DNA from: Chrysomallon squamiferum
Taxonomy: Eukaryota > Animalia > Mollusca
Length of the DNA stretch: 64,000 nucleotides
Assembly (NCBI GenBank): GCA_012295275.1
Contig: CM022675.1
Location: 14,136,001 to 14,200,000 of the forward strand
Reading direction: 5' to 3'
Position 1 is the stretch's first letter, and every line of letters starts with the position of its first letter. A model generated the notes under the pieces. The model had not been told where the DNA came from and did no database searches. It saw nothing but the letters and a program-made list of their open reading frames with translations. Below, one piece after another: positions 25,040-48,664 of the stretch. A program made the position numbers and the translations under genes.

Positions 25040-28000
25040 CAAACACATAAATTCTGTATATTTTTAATCTAAATTAAAAACTAACAAATTTGTTCCAAAC
25101 AGATTGTACTTCAAAGACAAATAATAAAATATATTTCAGAGTTTCTGCTGAAAAATGTAATAAATTTTTACAAAGAATATAAAGCCATGGTGCTTCAGTC
25201 TGATAAATGTGGTACTTAACTTGACAGACAAACTGAATATATGTATGAAATGGTTCTTGTGGACCGCTTGACCCTGATGTATGTGCAGTTCTGCTGGCCA
25301 GAGATAGCAGTTTGTTTACAGTTAGAATCTTGGCACTTACGCTCTGCACTTCATCATTTCATAATGTTATGACTAGGGCATGGCACACTTGCAAGTGGGA
25401 AATAAAGTAATGATAAATACATCTCTATGTGTTAATGATCTGAATGTGCCGACCCAGGAATAAGGTTCCAGTGTTCTCGCTAATTAGCTGCAGTGTAAAA
25501 TTTCAGTTTTGGCTGCATTCATTATGCTGAACTGAAAACCATTTACAACTACAACAAATTTTCATCATCCTGCCAAAATTTTCTTTCAGTTTTTTTTTGT
25601 TGTTTTCCCAGAATTTTTTTTTTCTTCTTCTTCTTCTTTAAACCATTTTTCTATTTCTGTTTTTATTTTCTTCGAATTATAATGAACTGGAGTCAGGATG
25701 CAATTCTACTATTTTTATTCTGTACATAGATGTATTTAAATAAGTTTTAAGTCTATGTATCCATCCACAGTGACAGATTCAAATTTTATCTGCTATTTAG
25801 TTATATTCTTAAACTAATTGTAGTTAATAAAGACACAAATGTAAATCACAAAATATTTTAAAATTTATTTGTGTTTCCTTCCTTTATTTTTCTCAGTTTT
25901 CTATAGGCCTATATCAAATTCTTTCTTTCTTTGAATGATTATCATAATATAGTAATATTTAAAAAGTTCAACCTTCTGATTTATTAAAAGCATAACTATA
26001 GGCAAGGTCTAGAAATGTTTCCTGCAGCTATAATCAGAAAAGAAATGTTTGTGTAGTTATTTGAAGTTTTGTGTTGTTTATGTTTCCAACAGAGCTCTGT
26101 TAAATATTTTTAAATAATAGACTTACCCAACTTAAAAATGCAAAATGTTAAAAAAACAAAAAAAAAACATTTTTTCTAAAATGTGGATATATGTTAACAG
26201 AACATAAGATAAAATAATTGAAGTACATATTACTGAGTTAAGATTATATAATCTAGTACCATCAAGAAATATTAGTATTTAAGAATGAATAGTTAAGAAA
26301 ATGAATTTAACAAATAACACTGAGTTACAAAAGCAGTTAATTTAAATAAATAAGGATTAAATAATTTAAAATAGCAACATGCAGTGTTTTATTTACCTTT
26401 AAAAATATTCTTAAAATGTATCGTCATAACTAAATACATCTTTTTAAAACACTGTTTTGCAAAGTTAGTATTATCAGTAATGTACCTACTTTTGCATAAT
26501 ATGTTACTCATGACTTACTGTGCAGACGCAAAATTGACTTAATTACTACACTGAAAAATATAAACATTTGTTTCATTCCCATCAGACTACATTAGATTAT
26601 GGCATCTGTGTAGCATGTATATGACAGGTAGATCAAAATATATTTTGGTAACCATTTTGAAATCTTGCAGAATATTTTTAAAGCCAAAAAGAGGAATGTT
26701 TATAATATCTGTTTCATTCTAATGAAAATTTATTTACTTGTAAGATTAAATAAATAAATAAATAATGGCTAAAACAAGTAATACCAATTAAAAAATTTTT
26801 TAAATGTGCTGCTGAAATAAATAAGGATTTAAATAGAGAAATAAATACTAGATGAGACAACTATACAAAAAAGTTCTAGAACTGATAGTAACGTAAGATT
26901 TTTTTACTTTTTTAAACAGTAATAGCTTTTTATTTTTACTTCATAGCAACAAGGACTATCTCCAGTTTTCTTTAAACACTACTCTACTGTCTTCTTAAAG
27001 TTGTGCCCAGCAATTTTTCACAGTACTAATATGAGTGAAAAACCTGTTCCCACAGAGTTATCAACGTATAGGAGAGTTTTTAAAATAAAAACCTCTTTGT
27101 GTAAATGTTTTCATATATGTTTGATTTAATCTTACATATGGTTTACTCAGGCTCACCAACTGATGAAGTTTTCAGATCAATTATCTTGTTTCCATGGAAA
27201 CTACGTCAATCATATCACCATTTAATGTTGGTCGAGGGTAAAAAACACAAATGAAAACAAAAACAGCACTAAAAATTTGTAAAACTTTTTTTTTGCACAG
27301 ACATATACTTATAACCTATATTTGGTATGTATTAATGTCAAAACAATTTTGTAGAGTAAAGTATAGATTGAAAAAAATAATTATTATGGTATTAACTAGT
27401 AATTACATACATGTATATATGAAGTTTGCAGAGAGTAATTCAATAATAGTAATTATCCCTAACTGATTTAATCTGATGAGAGAAAAACTTCGAGTAATTT
27501 TATGTTTTACAGATTTGTGCAGAAACAACAATCCATATCAAAACCTAATTTGTATGCCTAACTTTCACTGATTCAGAAACTCACAAAAATATATAAATCT
27601 GCCAAAAAACATATTTATATGCTAATGGAAGGGTAATAAAATAAAACATTATGCATAACCAAGGATTAATTTACTAACAGAAGAAATAGAAATTGTCCAA
27701 AAAATATTTAAACAAAGTTAAAGTATATCTGTGGCAGAAGAAATAAATGGTCTTTTAAAAAATAATAGTAATAAATAAATGTTTTATTTTTACTTTATGC
27801 TTTGTGTGACCTACGTTTTCTAACAGTAAGCTATGACAATAAAATAATATTGTTAAATAAAAAAAATTCTCATTAATCATTAATATCTGGAATTGTGATG
27901 TTAATGTGTACATGGTACACTGATGTATGTATTTTGTTTCCAACAGGACTAGACAGGACTCATAGCTAACTGGTCTACCCTATACAGGACAATGTAGAAA

Positions 28001-31000
28001 GAGCAGCATCGAGATATTTTTTAGCTCTACTCATTTGTTGATATATTTTATTGTGAAAACTGGACAACAAAAAAAAAAAATTAAAAACAAATTAAAAAAT
28101 GCTTAACTTTGGAAGTATGTTTACACTATTTTTTCACATGACCAAAGATTAAAATGAATTATACATAATAATAAAAAAAGTATACATAACTATAGTTATA
28201 ATTAAACACTAACATTATATAGACACATGCCTAATAATAATCTTCCATTCAGAATACATTATTTGTGTGTTCATATATCACTGTATGTGCCACTGAGACA
28301 AATATTTTTAAAACAGAATTAAACAGGCTCAGGTTTATATTTAATCCTTTTTATATCTTAATTCAGTGAGTATCTGAAATTAGATACTAAAAAAAAAAAT
28401 AATAATCATAAAATTTTGAATTCTTGGTAAGAGAACATTATTTTAATTTTAATTTTAATGCTTATTACACACTGAAGATAGAGGGGTCTTTTGGTTTTCT
28501 TTGGGCTTTTGTTTGTTTTTAATAGTGGGGGAGGTTCTTGTTTTGTTGTTGTTGTTTTTGTTGTTGAATGACTAGGTTACAAAAAATATATTCCAGTCCT
28601 ACCAGATGTGCTAATTTTATCACTTAGCAGCAAGCTATACTTTTATCACACAAACCTTCTAACAGGAAGCACAAAACTTACAGTGGCCTGCAACAAAATA
28701 TAGTCATCTGATGTCTTAGGAGTATTATATAATGCATTTAACAGATTACTTATAAAATCAAAAGGTTTCATACGTTAAAGAATAATAATGAATAAATTAA
28801 TGAATTTGTTTTTATACAACTGGCTAAGAAACTATACCTAGCTACTGCCTGTTTGGTAGTACAAATAAATGGAAATTAATGAAGTCTTTTTATGAACAAT
28901 TTTTATATCATTCAATATGAGCTTTTTTTTTATGACAATCTGTCATCAGTCTGTGATTTACTACTGTCAGCTAGCAACAACTGATCATTTATTTACATCC
29001 ATAGAGAGGAAAGCACATTCCACAGCCACTGATAAGCTGTGTGAAACTACTCAGAACAGGAAAAAATCCAATAATCTATCAAGGAAAAATGATTCTGCAA
29101 ACCAGGTGAGTATTTACCCTTACCTTGTTTGACGATAGTTTTTTTGGTGGCATTTGTGGGGTCTACTGTCCAAAATGTGAAGCAGAAGTTGTTATCCTCC
29201 ATGCAGCGTATGGTTCGGTTATTGGGCAACACCTCACCTCCGTTTCCCATAATTCCATTGGGTTTAACAGGATTACCTTCTTCTGGTTTCCCATCATGGT
29301 ACATGCAGATGTCAGCATTTGTTTCTGTTCCTAAAAAGAAAAAAAGTGATTCAGATATTAGAAATCAGGTTACTGTAAGTAACAAAAATTAAATGAAAAA
29401 TAGAAGATATAATTATGTCAATATATATTTCTAAACAATGTTACAAATGCCAGATGTACAAACACACACACACACAGTTCCAGCACCAATAAAAGTCATC
29501 ATTTCAATCAGCAGCAAGAAACTTTTACTACTTTTGTCTTTACCTTGAAAAAAGCACAACTTAAATACATCAAAATACTAACAGGGTGGGGAATTATTAT
29601 TTTCTTTTATTATTAGATTGGATTTATTTTTAAATTATTAGAATCTCTGTGTTTTGACAGCAACAAGAATTCTTCACATCCTCTTTTCTTGATCGCAAAG
29701 AAAAGCACAACCGTATCATACATCAGACTGGAGAATTTTTTTTTTATGTATCATTATTACACATTGTTTAATCAACATTATGTATTTTGGGAGGGATATC
29801 TTTCTTTCTTTGTTACAGGCATAATTTTTTTTTTTTTTTTTTATTTTTTTTTTTTTTATCTTTTCCAAAAATAAAACATGGGATTAATAATAAAGAAAAT
29901 AAGAATTATTCTGCAAGCGTCATTAAGCAGCACGGAAGTTATGAAAGGTTGCATGTGATGTGTTAAGTGGTTTCTGGTACTGTGACACCTTCCTTCGACT
30001 TAAGCAACTTCCCGTACTTGTCGTCAAATTGTCTTCCTTCCGCTGAACCACAACTATTAACACTTAAGTTGTTTTACAAAAAAATAACTCTATAATGTTT
30101 GCATTGTTTTCCATCATTAAAACTTCTAACAATAGTATGAAAAATGACAAAAACAACTATATGATTACAACACATTGTGTTATTATATCTATTTCAATAA
30201 ATGAAATAGATATTCTTTTCTTCTCTTTTCTCAAAACTTTATTTAAGAAATTATAAATGTGCAAACTGAGCTTCCAGTAGGTTTTATTTTAGATAAAAAT
30301 ATACAATCTTTTTTTTTTAAATAAAAAATGTCTTGCAAATTCAATTTATTTTGTGGCTTCAGAAAAGCAAACCTGAAATTAATTTACATATTTATATCTG
30401 AGTGTGTTTATCTCAAGCACTTTTGTCACACCTAGCTTTTAAAAGATACTTAGAATATATTTAAATGTGATTTTCAAGAATAGAATTTTGAGGCTATTTA
30501 TATTAATACTATGTATCTGATTAGCAAGCCACAGAAAAATAAACTGATGTTTACTGCTAACAATACATTCTTCTGTTCAAAACACTTGCATTACATTTTT
30601 TTTAATGCATATTTGAAATATTTTTAATGCTTATATTTCCAGTACATTCAAAATTAATTTCTTGTATACCATTTTGTTTTGTTTTTCAGTTATCTGTGAT
30701 GATGTGTTAATTCAATAAAACAGTATATAATCACTTCTCTTCTTTTTTTTCTCTTTTTTTTAATAAATGATTATTATTTCTCCTTTCTTTATAATTTTTT
30801 TTTTCTTTTTTGTTCTACAGAACTGTTTTTGGTTGGATTTTTTTTTTTTTTTTTTTTCTAGCCATGGCTACAACATATACTTTTGTTAAAATTATCTATC
30901 AAACTAATGGAAATTCATATCATTTATCAGAATTTCGTAGAATTATAAAATTTCATAGTTCATATTAATTGCAAAACAAATGGTAAAAAATAAATAACCT

Positions 31001-34000
31001 TTGAAAGGAATAAGAATTAAATTTAATTTTTTTTGTTATTCAAATTGAAATAACTTACAAACATGGTGCAAGTCTACCAATGACTAAATATAAAAAAAAA
31101 AAAACATGATCAATATCTCTTATGGTGATTTTCAATAAACTTTAGCAGTAATTTCGTTAAAAATATAGGGATATGTTAAAATTTTATGTGTGTTTAGGAC
31201 CCCAGTTGCACTTTAATTTAAGTAAGAAGTTGTTTGAAGCATGGATATAGGCTAACAGAAAAGGATATGCTATCATTAAACATCAAGCTCAAAAGCACAC
31301 CCTCCCTAAAAAAACATTAGCATATTCTGATTTCTTCACCTCTAGTGACACATTTACAGCTATTCAAGGTGACATTAAAGTTTAAAAAAAAGGAAAGAAA
31401 GTACAAGTTACAGACTAAATAATGGGCACATGTTTAAATATTCAGAAGGTCACCATTACAGGTTAATTTTCAAGTAAGATTTCCAAAAAAAAAGAAGAAG
31501 AAAATAGAAGAAAGCTGAGAAAAGGGGAAAATCAACAAATGTATAGTTTATTTTTAATCTGTTATCAGGTGGACTGTATAACAAATTAATGTTATGTGGC
31601 AAAATGGAACAATGAGACATGTAAATGTAGAAGAAATGAAAAAACAACTGCAATTCCAGTTTCAGATTAACTGAAACAAATAATAAAGAAAGAAAACAAA
31701 CATAAAAAAGAAATATTAAAATCAAGAAATAATTTTTGTCCGAACACATCAACAATATATATATATATATATATTAGTATTTATTCTGGATTGTAAATCA
31801 GAAAATGCTAGCAATCATAGAAATGCTATACAAAATGCAAAATTTGTGTGACAATAAATATTTTACTAAATTAGTTTCTGAATGTTTCAAATGGTCACAA
31901 GTGTTATCAAAACTGGTAAAGAGGGTTAAATCTAAAGACTGGTATTATTGTCAAATTTGCAGTTCATCAATAATCAATAAGCTAAAGCTTTATTTTTGTT
32001 ATAGTCTAGACAATGTAAGCTGACCTTTTGTTTATTTAATTTCTTTTTTATGATATAATCATCCTTAGTCTGGAAGCTTTTTATTCAAGCTGGTAGAGTA
32101 CATTATAGATTAAATGTATGACAAGACTTTCAACATATTTCATATATATACATATATATATAAACATCAATTTTAATGTACTTTGGTTCTTAAAAACATC
32201 CAAATAGATATAATTTTCTACACCCATTCCTCATCAGTAATTAGTCCTCAGGCAAATACATACATATTTATAATCACAAAATAATATTTACTGTAATTTC
32301 CGAAAATGTCTAACAATTACAAACATTTGTTGATAATACTAGTAGTTAATAGGGTGTTGCACATATGAATTCCATTTAATGGTTATATAAGAGTGCAGTA
32401 AAATTGTTTGGATTCTTCTTACTGAAAGCAGAAAGATCTATCCACCCTCTCACAGACACAAAAGCAGAAATCATGGTCTTTGATAAATCTGCTGTGGTGC
32501 ACTGATTAGAATGAAAAAATTACACAATCAGGATAAATCTTTCCTCTTTCCCTAAATAATCACCGAAATAAAAAAAATTAAAAAATTAAAATGGTACTTG
32601 AAACAGTTGCTTACCAATAGCCAATACCTCTAATTTTTCAAAACAAAACAAATGAATACTTCACATTAGAGCAATGAAACAACTATGTTATGTACAATGC
32701 ATCAGTGGTATATAGACTATATTTTGAATTAAGATAGATGTGTGTGCCATGTGCCAGCATAAGCAGTAAGTTAACACTTACAATATAAACAAGGTAATTT
32801 ATTTGTGTGTATAACAGGAAAATTATAAAAAGTTCTAAAAATATTGTAATATGCAGGTACAGTGGTAGGGTGAAAACAGAATAAAGTAAATATTTAAATA
32901 GGTTTTAAGTCTGTGTTTGTATCCATTTTGGCAGATTTGAAAATCTATCTATTATTCAGATATATTTTTTAATTAATTTTAATTAACAACATAAAAGACA
33001 GAAATGAGAAAAACACATAATAACTAATTTAACATTTATTTAATATCTTGTTTTCTTTTCCTTTAATGATTACATTATTCATTTTAATTACATAACTACA
33101 CATCACAATAATCTATAAATATGCATGTATGTGTAATAATAAAATCTGCAAAAGATATCATATTTGTCCAGAGTTCAATACTTAACCTAACTCTGTCTAG
33201 ACTGTGGTTATTATTAGAAATAGTACTTATCACCTTTTAGTGTCCACTGATAAGAATATATTTCAAGGTAAAACTACTGATGCAGATATAAATAAATATA
33301 TATAATAATAATGCAAACATGTGAAAGTAGGCCTACATGTAAAATGTATAAAACTAACACATCATATTAATAAAGATTCTTCCCACTTGAATCAAAATTT
33401 AAAAGGCAAATACATCATTAAATATACGTTTCAGAAATCAACCTCTAAAACTTTTGCCTTTTAACTTCATAAATTATAACGATGCCAGTTCTGAACTATT
33501 GTTTATTACCATTTCAAACCAATTCGTTTAGAAGTTTTGTAATAAATTTTATACCAGACGACATTTTAATTTCAGGTCTGCACACATTCAGAAAGTTCAA
33601 GTTACATTCAAAAATAAGTCTGAATTTAGTGGAAAACAGGCTAAGCAAGGTCAACTTGAAAATCTACAGCAGCTCACAAATCTGTTTCAGGTAGTAGTCA
33701 CCTTGGTAATGGTGTTTATGAAACAAAACTTTGTGTTAATGTGTGAATTTATAACTGGAAAGACAACATAATTTTGTTATGGTCACTATGAAGTATATGA
33801 AAGTGAAAATAATGAAATATATTCCAAGTAAAAGAAGAAATAATTATCTTACCAAGAAAATAACAATATAAAATAATTAAAAGGAATATCTCGGGATTGT
33901 TTTTGCTTTTTTCCTTTATTTGAACAATACAGATGACCAAAAAAAAATAAAGCAATATTTCTTTCTTAGTATTACTTCTGGTATAATTAATTCACTAAGT

Positions 34001-36256
34001 AACTTTGTAAAAGTGCCAGATTTTATCAATCTGTTTAATAAAAAGTCACTGGTATTCATTGTTTTCCCTACTTTATATGAAAAAAATAAAAATAAAAATA
34101 TAATTTTCTGACTCAAGTTACACAAAACATTTATAAAAAAATAAAATAAAATAAATAATAACTAATTTTTTTTTTTATCAAAAATGGATATATTAAAGTT
34201 TTTTTAAGTTTTTTTTTTAAATTATCATTACTGCAAAATCTATATTGTATTGTACGATGCATTAGTAAATTTTATTCAAACATTTTGTTTGTCAGTATAA
34301 TTATTTAAAATTGTTATGTAATAATTACATGCATGTCACCTCACATCAATAGATTTACAAATAAGTTACTATGACCATATGTGTGTCAACACACACGTAT
34401 ACATATACATCCTGTATCACTGTATATCATTTCTATATTTTTAGATGCTGACTGGAAATACAGCTTTATTCCTTGTCTTAGTTTTTTTTTTACTCAGAAA
34501 ATGTTTGGATGCCAAGCAGGCAACTAAAGGTGCGATAAAAATCTTAATATCTCTTGGACCTAACCAATTCATGATTACTTCTGTTAGTAATTGTATCAGC
34601 ACAGAAAGCCTGAATTTGTTAAAGGTACAAGCTGGTAGTGTGGAAGGTAATAGCTGGCACACTGTCATCCATATAAACAAATTTCACATGAATGAATGTT
34701 TAACAACACCCCAGCACAAAAACTATATCAGCTATTGGGTGTCAAACAAAGTTAAATATACCAGAATGGTGAATATTTTGTATATAAAATTCAAAATTAA
34801 AATTAGTGAAAGCACAGTGAAAAGAGCTAAATTATAATTTATGGTAAAATTCTGTAACTCTCATAAATTTGAAAACAAGTTCAGGATGGAACTGAAATGA
34901 TTCCATTACACCCATTTGACCAAATATGTATTTCCAGATCTGCCTAAGATGATCGCACTCCACATTCTTCAGGATAAATGAATGGGTCAAACAAGTATGA
35001 CCAATACGAGCACAACACAAGACTGTCTCATCCTTCCTGCACTGCCTCAAGGAGAACTGCCACTCTCCCATAAATGGTTTCACAGAATTCTCAATAATAC
35101 ACTGTAATACTTCATCTAACATTAAAAAGGAATGAATCTGAAATTTTAAGGAAAATATTGACTTTATTCATTATATTTTCTGTTTTTATTGGGGTTTTTT
35201 AATGTAAAATACTTGAAAAAAAATGTGGCCACTGAGAATTCAGCCACATCTTTTAGTCCATTTGAAATTTGTCTACTAAATATTAATCCCCTGGCTCTAC
35301 CCTGATTAGACACTACACTGAGACTGGTAGTGTGTGTATTTCTCTTAATACACCTGACAATGTTACAGATAACAGATTCAATATATTGTAATACTGATTA
35401 TCTCACTGATATTAGTGATAACTTTTTGAATCTGTGAATGAACTGACAGTAGTTTAAAGAGACTGGAATATAATTCATCCATGCTTTATTGGCTACGTCA
35501 ATCACCTCTAATTATAAACATGCTATTGCTTATCAGAAGTTATTATTTATAATATTTTCTATAACGCCATCATGTCACGCTATCATAGCATTTATACATA
35601 ATAACTGGTTGTTCAACAAAGACAATCCATGTTTGATTAAACAAGTGCCACACCTGGTTCAGCCTTGTTTAATGAATAATTGTTGTTATTTACAGTCCTG
35701 GTCAAACATACTTTAAAAGAAAAAAACCTATTTTGAATATATTTTTAAACTGCATATTTGATCCAGTTCATTATTAGTATAACATTATAAAAAAAATAAT
35801 AATAATAAATAAAAATAGTAATAATATGATAATACAAAAATGTATAATCGAAATAATTATAAGATGCTACGATTTCGTAAACATATTACATAATCATAAT
35901 TATAATGGGATCTGTAGCATAGCACTGCACTTATTTTTGTTTTTTGGTGGTTGTTTTTTGTTTGTTTGTTTGTTTGTTTGTTGTTGTTGTTTAATATAGA
36001 AGTTAACCCGTGCCCGTGCAACAGCGAAGAAGGTGGGGGTGAAGTCCGATTACGTAAAAATAATAAAAACCGATTTGATCGTCTGGCCACGACCCAGACA
36101 GACAGACGACCATGGTCACATCGACCAGACTTGGGTCAAATAAACCTCTGGAAATTGCGTTACTATGTATGTGAGGGCATTTGTCCTTTTTACAGTATTA
36201 AACTTACCTTTCAGAACAAAAAACACAGCTAGAAATGGTATCCACTTCGTCTGCAT
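8744..36256 (-). CDS. BMPR2: Bone morphogenetic protein receptor type II (BMPR2 / wishful thinking-like), ~1080 aa, long C-terminal tail
   Basis: Ten phase-consistent exons: 36208-36256 (signal peptide [16 protein letters not shown]), 29124-29330 and 15108-15290 (ectodomain, [15 protein letters not shown] Cys box), 14135-14370 (TM), 13352-13670 (VAVK), 12639-12808 ([12 protein letters not shown]), 11788-11935 ([17 protein letters not shown]), 11269-11405 (HPSFEEMQ), 10841-10973 ([12 protein letters not shown]) and 8744-10404 (tail). Total 3243 nt. There is no GS box, so it is type II, and the long tail indicates the BMPR2/Wit class. Confidence 0.96.
15562..16355. mobile_element. Non-autonomous DNA transposon (MITE), Tc2/pogo-like, ~794 bp
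   Basis: Left TIR CCATATATACTTGTGTATAAG (15562-15582) versus reverse complement of right end CCGTATATACTTGTGTACAAG (16335-16355), 19/21 match. TA flanks at 15560-61 and 16356-57. Internal repeated TCGACTTWTACA motifs. No transposase ORF. Confidence 0.88.
18317..18532 (+). mobile_element. Decayed SINE-like copy with LINE-type 3' tail
   Basis: Ends in TTTGACACCTAATA...GTGTAGTTAAACA, matching the tail of the LINE remnant at 34688-34755 (minus). The body resembles gastropod tRNA-derived SINEs from memory only. Confidence 0.5.
19202..19268. repeat. (TG)n microsatellite
   Basis: Directly visible. Confidence 0.9.
24032..24121. repeat. Degenerate ~34-bp tandem repeat, ~3 copies (CATGATCACAAYYARTTACAWAT...)
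   Basis: catgatcacaatcaattacaaat / catgatcacaactaattacatat / catgaccataagtagttacaaat. Confidence 0.6.
27188..27201. promoter_or_regulatory. Perfect palindromic RFX X-box GTTTCCATGGAAAC in BMPR2 intron 2
   Basis: Exact 14-bp palindrome matching the X-box consensus GTNRCC(N0-3)RGYAAC family. Function is untested. Confidence 0.5.
32405..32520 (-). mobile_element. Decayed SINE-like fragment
   Basis: ...cacagacacaaaagcagaaatcatggtctttgataaatctgctgtggtgcactgattagaatgaaaaa resembles the core of mollusc tRNA-derived SINEs (recalled consensus, not searched). Confidence 0.4.
34688..35122 (-). mobile_element. 5'-truncated LINE remnant (I/Nimb-type ORF2 C-terminus plus 3' UTR and ATTC tail) in BMPR2 intron 1
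   Basis: ORF 34832-35122 reads [30 protein letters not shown]...HPELVFKF, the post-RNase H 'R.RIGHT.LTH' motif of I-group non-LTR elements. The CCHC knuckle appears deleted. A 3' UTR follows, ending TTTGACACCCAATAGC...GGGGTGTTGTTAAACATTCATTCAT. Confidence 0.8.
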
Positions 36257-36259
36257 TTC

Positions 36260-36780
36260 TTGGCCTTCTTTTCAACACATTCCACAGTTACGTTTTACAA
36301 TATTGAAATCATGTAACAGCAAAATGGCGGTCAAGAATAGTAACATCTACTAAGTCCTTATTTTTAGGTAGGTATTCATTCCTGACCCGTTGAAATGTCC
36401 CGTTCTACCACAGATATGAAATTTTCATGCCTGCGTGTCGCACGAGCGTCTCTGATTATTCCATTATTCCACGCTAATTGACGTCTGACTGTAAGCCTCT
36501 TGCCAGACAGACACACAGTCGACTAAATGGACCAGTCTATCTCTTGTTGATCAAATGACGCCGCTGAACACGCATGACCTAATCGGAGAAGTGCATTTTG
36601 TAAAAAGGGGTGTCCGCTTGCAATGTGATTTACGTGATATTGAACGTAACGGTGCAGATTATTTCAGAAAGAAAATTTAATGACAAATAAACTTACACGG
36701 TCATTTGGGTCGGTATGACAAACCTGATCCGTTTTGACCTTATTTTACTATCAACACCGGAAACTGCTGTTCTGATTGCA
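36260..36780 (-). promoter_or_regulatory. BMPR2 5' UTR/promoter region
   Basis: Locally CpG-rich patch directly upstream of the ATG at 36256. YY1-type AAAATGGCGG at 36321-36330 and ETS-like ACCGGAAA at ~36756. A minus-strand GTAAGT donor at 36691-36696 may mark a non-coding exon. Confidence 0.5.
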
Positions 36781-36790
36781 TTTATTATTA

Positions 36791-36823
<33 letters not shown>

Positions 36824-37144
36824 TTTCTAAAAAAAAAAAAAAATTCATCTTAAAACACGACTTATTCTTTTTTCTTTTTTTTTTTTTCGTTTTTAAGATT
36901 TATTTTTGATATTTGGCTACTAATTCTGTTATAATGACATTAATTTTGTTATTATTTGTTTTAAAAATATCAGATGCAACATCATTTGAATTAAAAGCAT
37001 ATTGTTAGATAAAAGGTAAGATTTGTGCGTAAAAACTATTGTTGTTCAGTTAATGGATTTAAGATTAAATACCTGTTTCTTTGCAAAATAAGATAATGAA
37101 ATATTCAGTTCAAGCATTAAACAGCAAAAAAATATATATATATT

Positions 37145-37180
<36 letters not shown>

Positions 37181-38574
37181 ATGAATGAATTATTTATTAA
37201 CACATTTTATCAAACAAGTTTTTTGCATAATTATAAAAAGCAAAGAAATCTGTTGTGCTACCCCATGCGGAACTCATCAGTTAGCTGTTGAGGCTCTTTA
37301 ATCTGTAATTTGCCAGCCACACCACTGCTTTGTGAGGTAATAACCGAGCTCTGACACTCAATATTATAATATCTCAAGTCATTAATTTGTTTCTTCTTCT
37401 CCTTCTTTAAATATATACATACATAGATTATATCTATTTATCAACTTTTTAAAATAAATATATGATATATATATATATATTACACACACATACATAAAAA
37501 AATGGTATATATATATATATGAACATGAAATAACAACATTGCTAAAATCTGTACATCTGTAATTAGAATAATGTCATAAATTTTAAATATTCATTTTTTT
37601 CTCAAAAGCCCCTTCAGTAAAAATATATTTTAAAATTAGAAGGAAAAAAGTTACATTTTTGCACTTAAAAAAAAAATGTAGCCTCATGTTTTATTCAAAA
37701 GTTAATTTACATCTGTATATGTGTTAATGTTGCAAGATATTAATTATTAATGCATGACAAGCTAATGTCTAACTAGAAAGGTGTGATGAAAACACACTTT
37801 GGCAGATGCCACCATATTTTAACCAAGAAAAACTCTTTTTATATATACATTTGTCATTTTTCTCTAATTTTAATTTTTAATTTACTGAATAATTTCTTTT
37901 TTCTGCTTAAGTATTGTTTTAATTGTTAAGAAATTAAGAAATATAAATAGGTTTTATAACAGGAAGTCTCTCTCAAATAAAATCTAAGCAAAATAAGACT
38001 GCACATTAAAATAAATAAAATATCTCAAAATAATTTATACAATTTAGCATTTATATGAAAATTCCTTACTTCTAAGTATTACCGTTTTGTCAAACTTTAT
38101 TATTAATAAAGATTAGTGTCTCCAAAAAAAATCAAATGGATATATTTACAATATTTCTTCATTTCAATTTCTGGAAAAGTGAAATATTATCGACCCAAAT
38201 TATTCAACTGATTTTCTTAAATATTAATAAAAATTGGACCAATTCTATTCAGATATGTTTTAAAATATTCTGTCTGAAGTAAATATTAATTTAGAATAAT
38301 TTCTTGAATATTTCTGAATTTTAAAATTTAAAAAAAAATGTTTACACAATATTTCTAATATACATATTTTATGATTAAAGTTTAACTGTTAACATGAAGA
38401 AAGTGTGTTACTCTACTACACAGATATTCAAGTTATATTTTATTAAATATATATTAAATAAATTAATAAACAAACCAATTTTCAATGCTGTAAAAATGTT
38501 TTATTGAATTCCATGTAGTTTACAACATGGATGACCAATATTAGTTTACATGCTCTTTTCTGCTTTAAAATGAT

Positions 38575-38610
<36 letters not shown>

Positions 38611-39378
38611 TAGTACCAATTTAAAAAAGAAAAAAAAAAAAAAAATTATTAACCTTCAAACATGATTTATATAGATATTGCTTTTACTGTGATTATCTCA
38701 AAAACATGATCTGAAATTGTCACATAAAATTCAGAAAAGTGAGGAGTTATCTTTTCAAAAGAAACAGAAGACAGATCGACATGTTAAAAACATTTTTACA
38801 CCAGAAAATATAACTTTAGACATGGTAACAGTAAAAAAAATATATGGATCTGAAAAACTTTCCAAATCCTGAAAATATTACTTGTGACATTGGTATCAGT
38901 TGAAAAAATACTAAACAGAATTATAGATATACATAAAATATTTCAGAACTGGAGAAAATCTTCTACCAAAGTAGCACTCTTGATAGGTTTTGGCTTTTCA
39001 AAATGACAGAAATTTCAAATAGAGATCTAAAACATATAACATGTTTACAATTAAAAAAAACAAGTGTACAATATGGAAAAATGTTCACATTTTGTAATTT
39101 GATACAATGACAGTTACTGAAATGTAGAACTGTAGAACAACACATCTGAATCTCAAAACCATTCTATCACAAAATATTTTCCAGCATCCACAAATTTCCA
39201 CTTGTTCATTTCTTGTAATTCATGATGACACTTTCAAGCTCACCAAGTTATAGTCTTGTAGTAAAAAAAATAAAAGCTAAAAGATATATTTTCATTTGAG
39301 AAAATATCAATTCATTTAGCTTCTTACAATCTCTTTCAGTTATTTCCACAATGGGGAAAAAAGTTAACAAAATGTATG

Positions 39379-48664
<9,286 letters not shown>

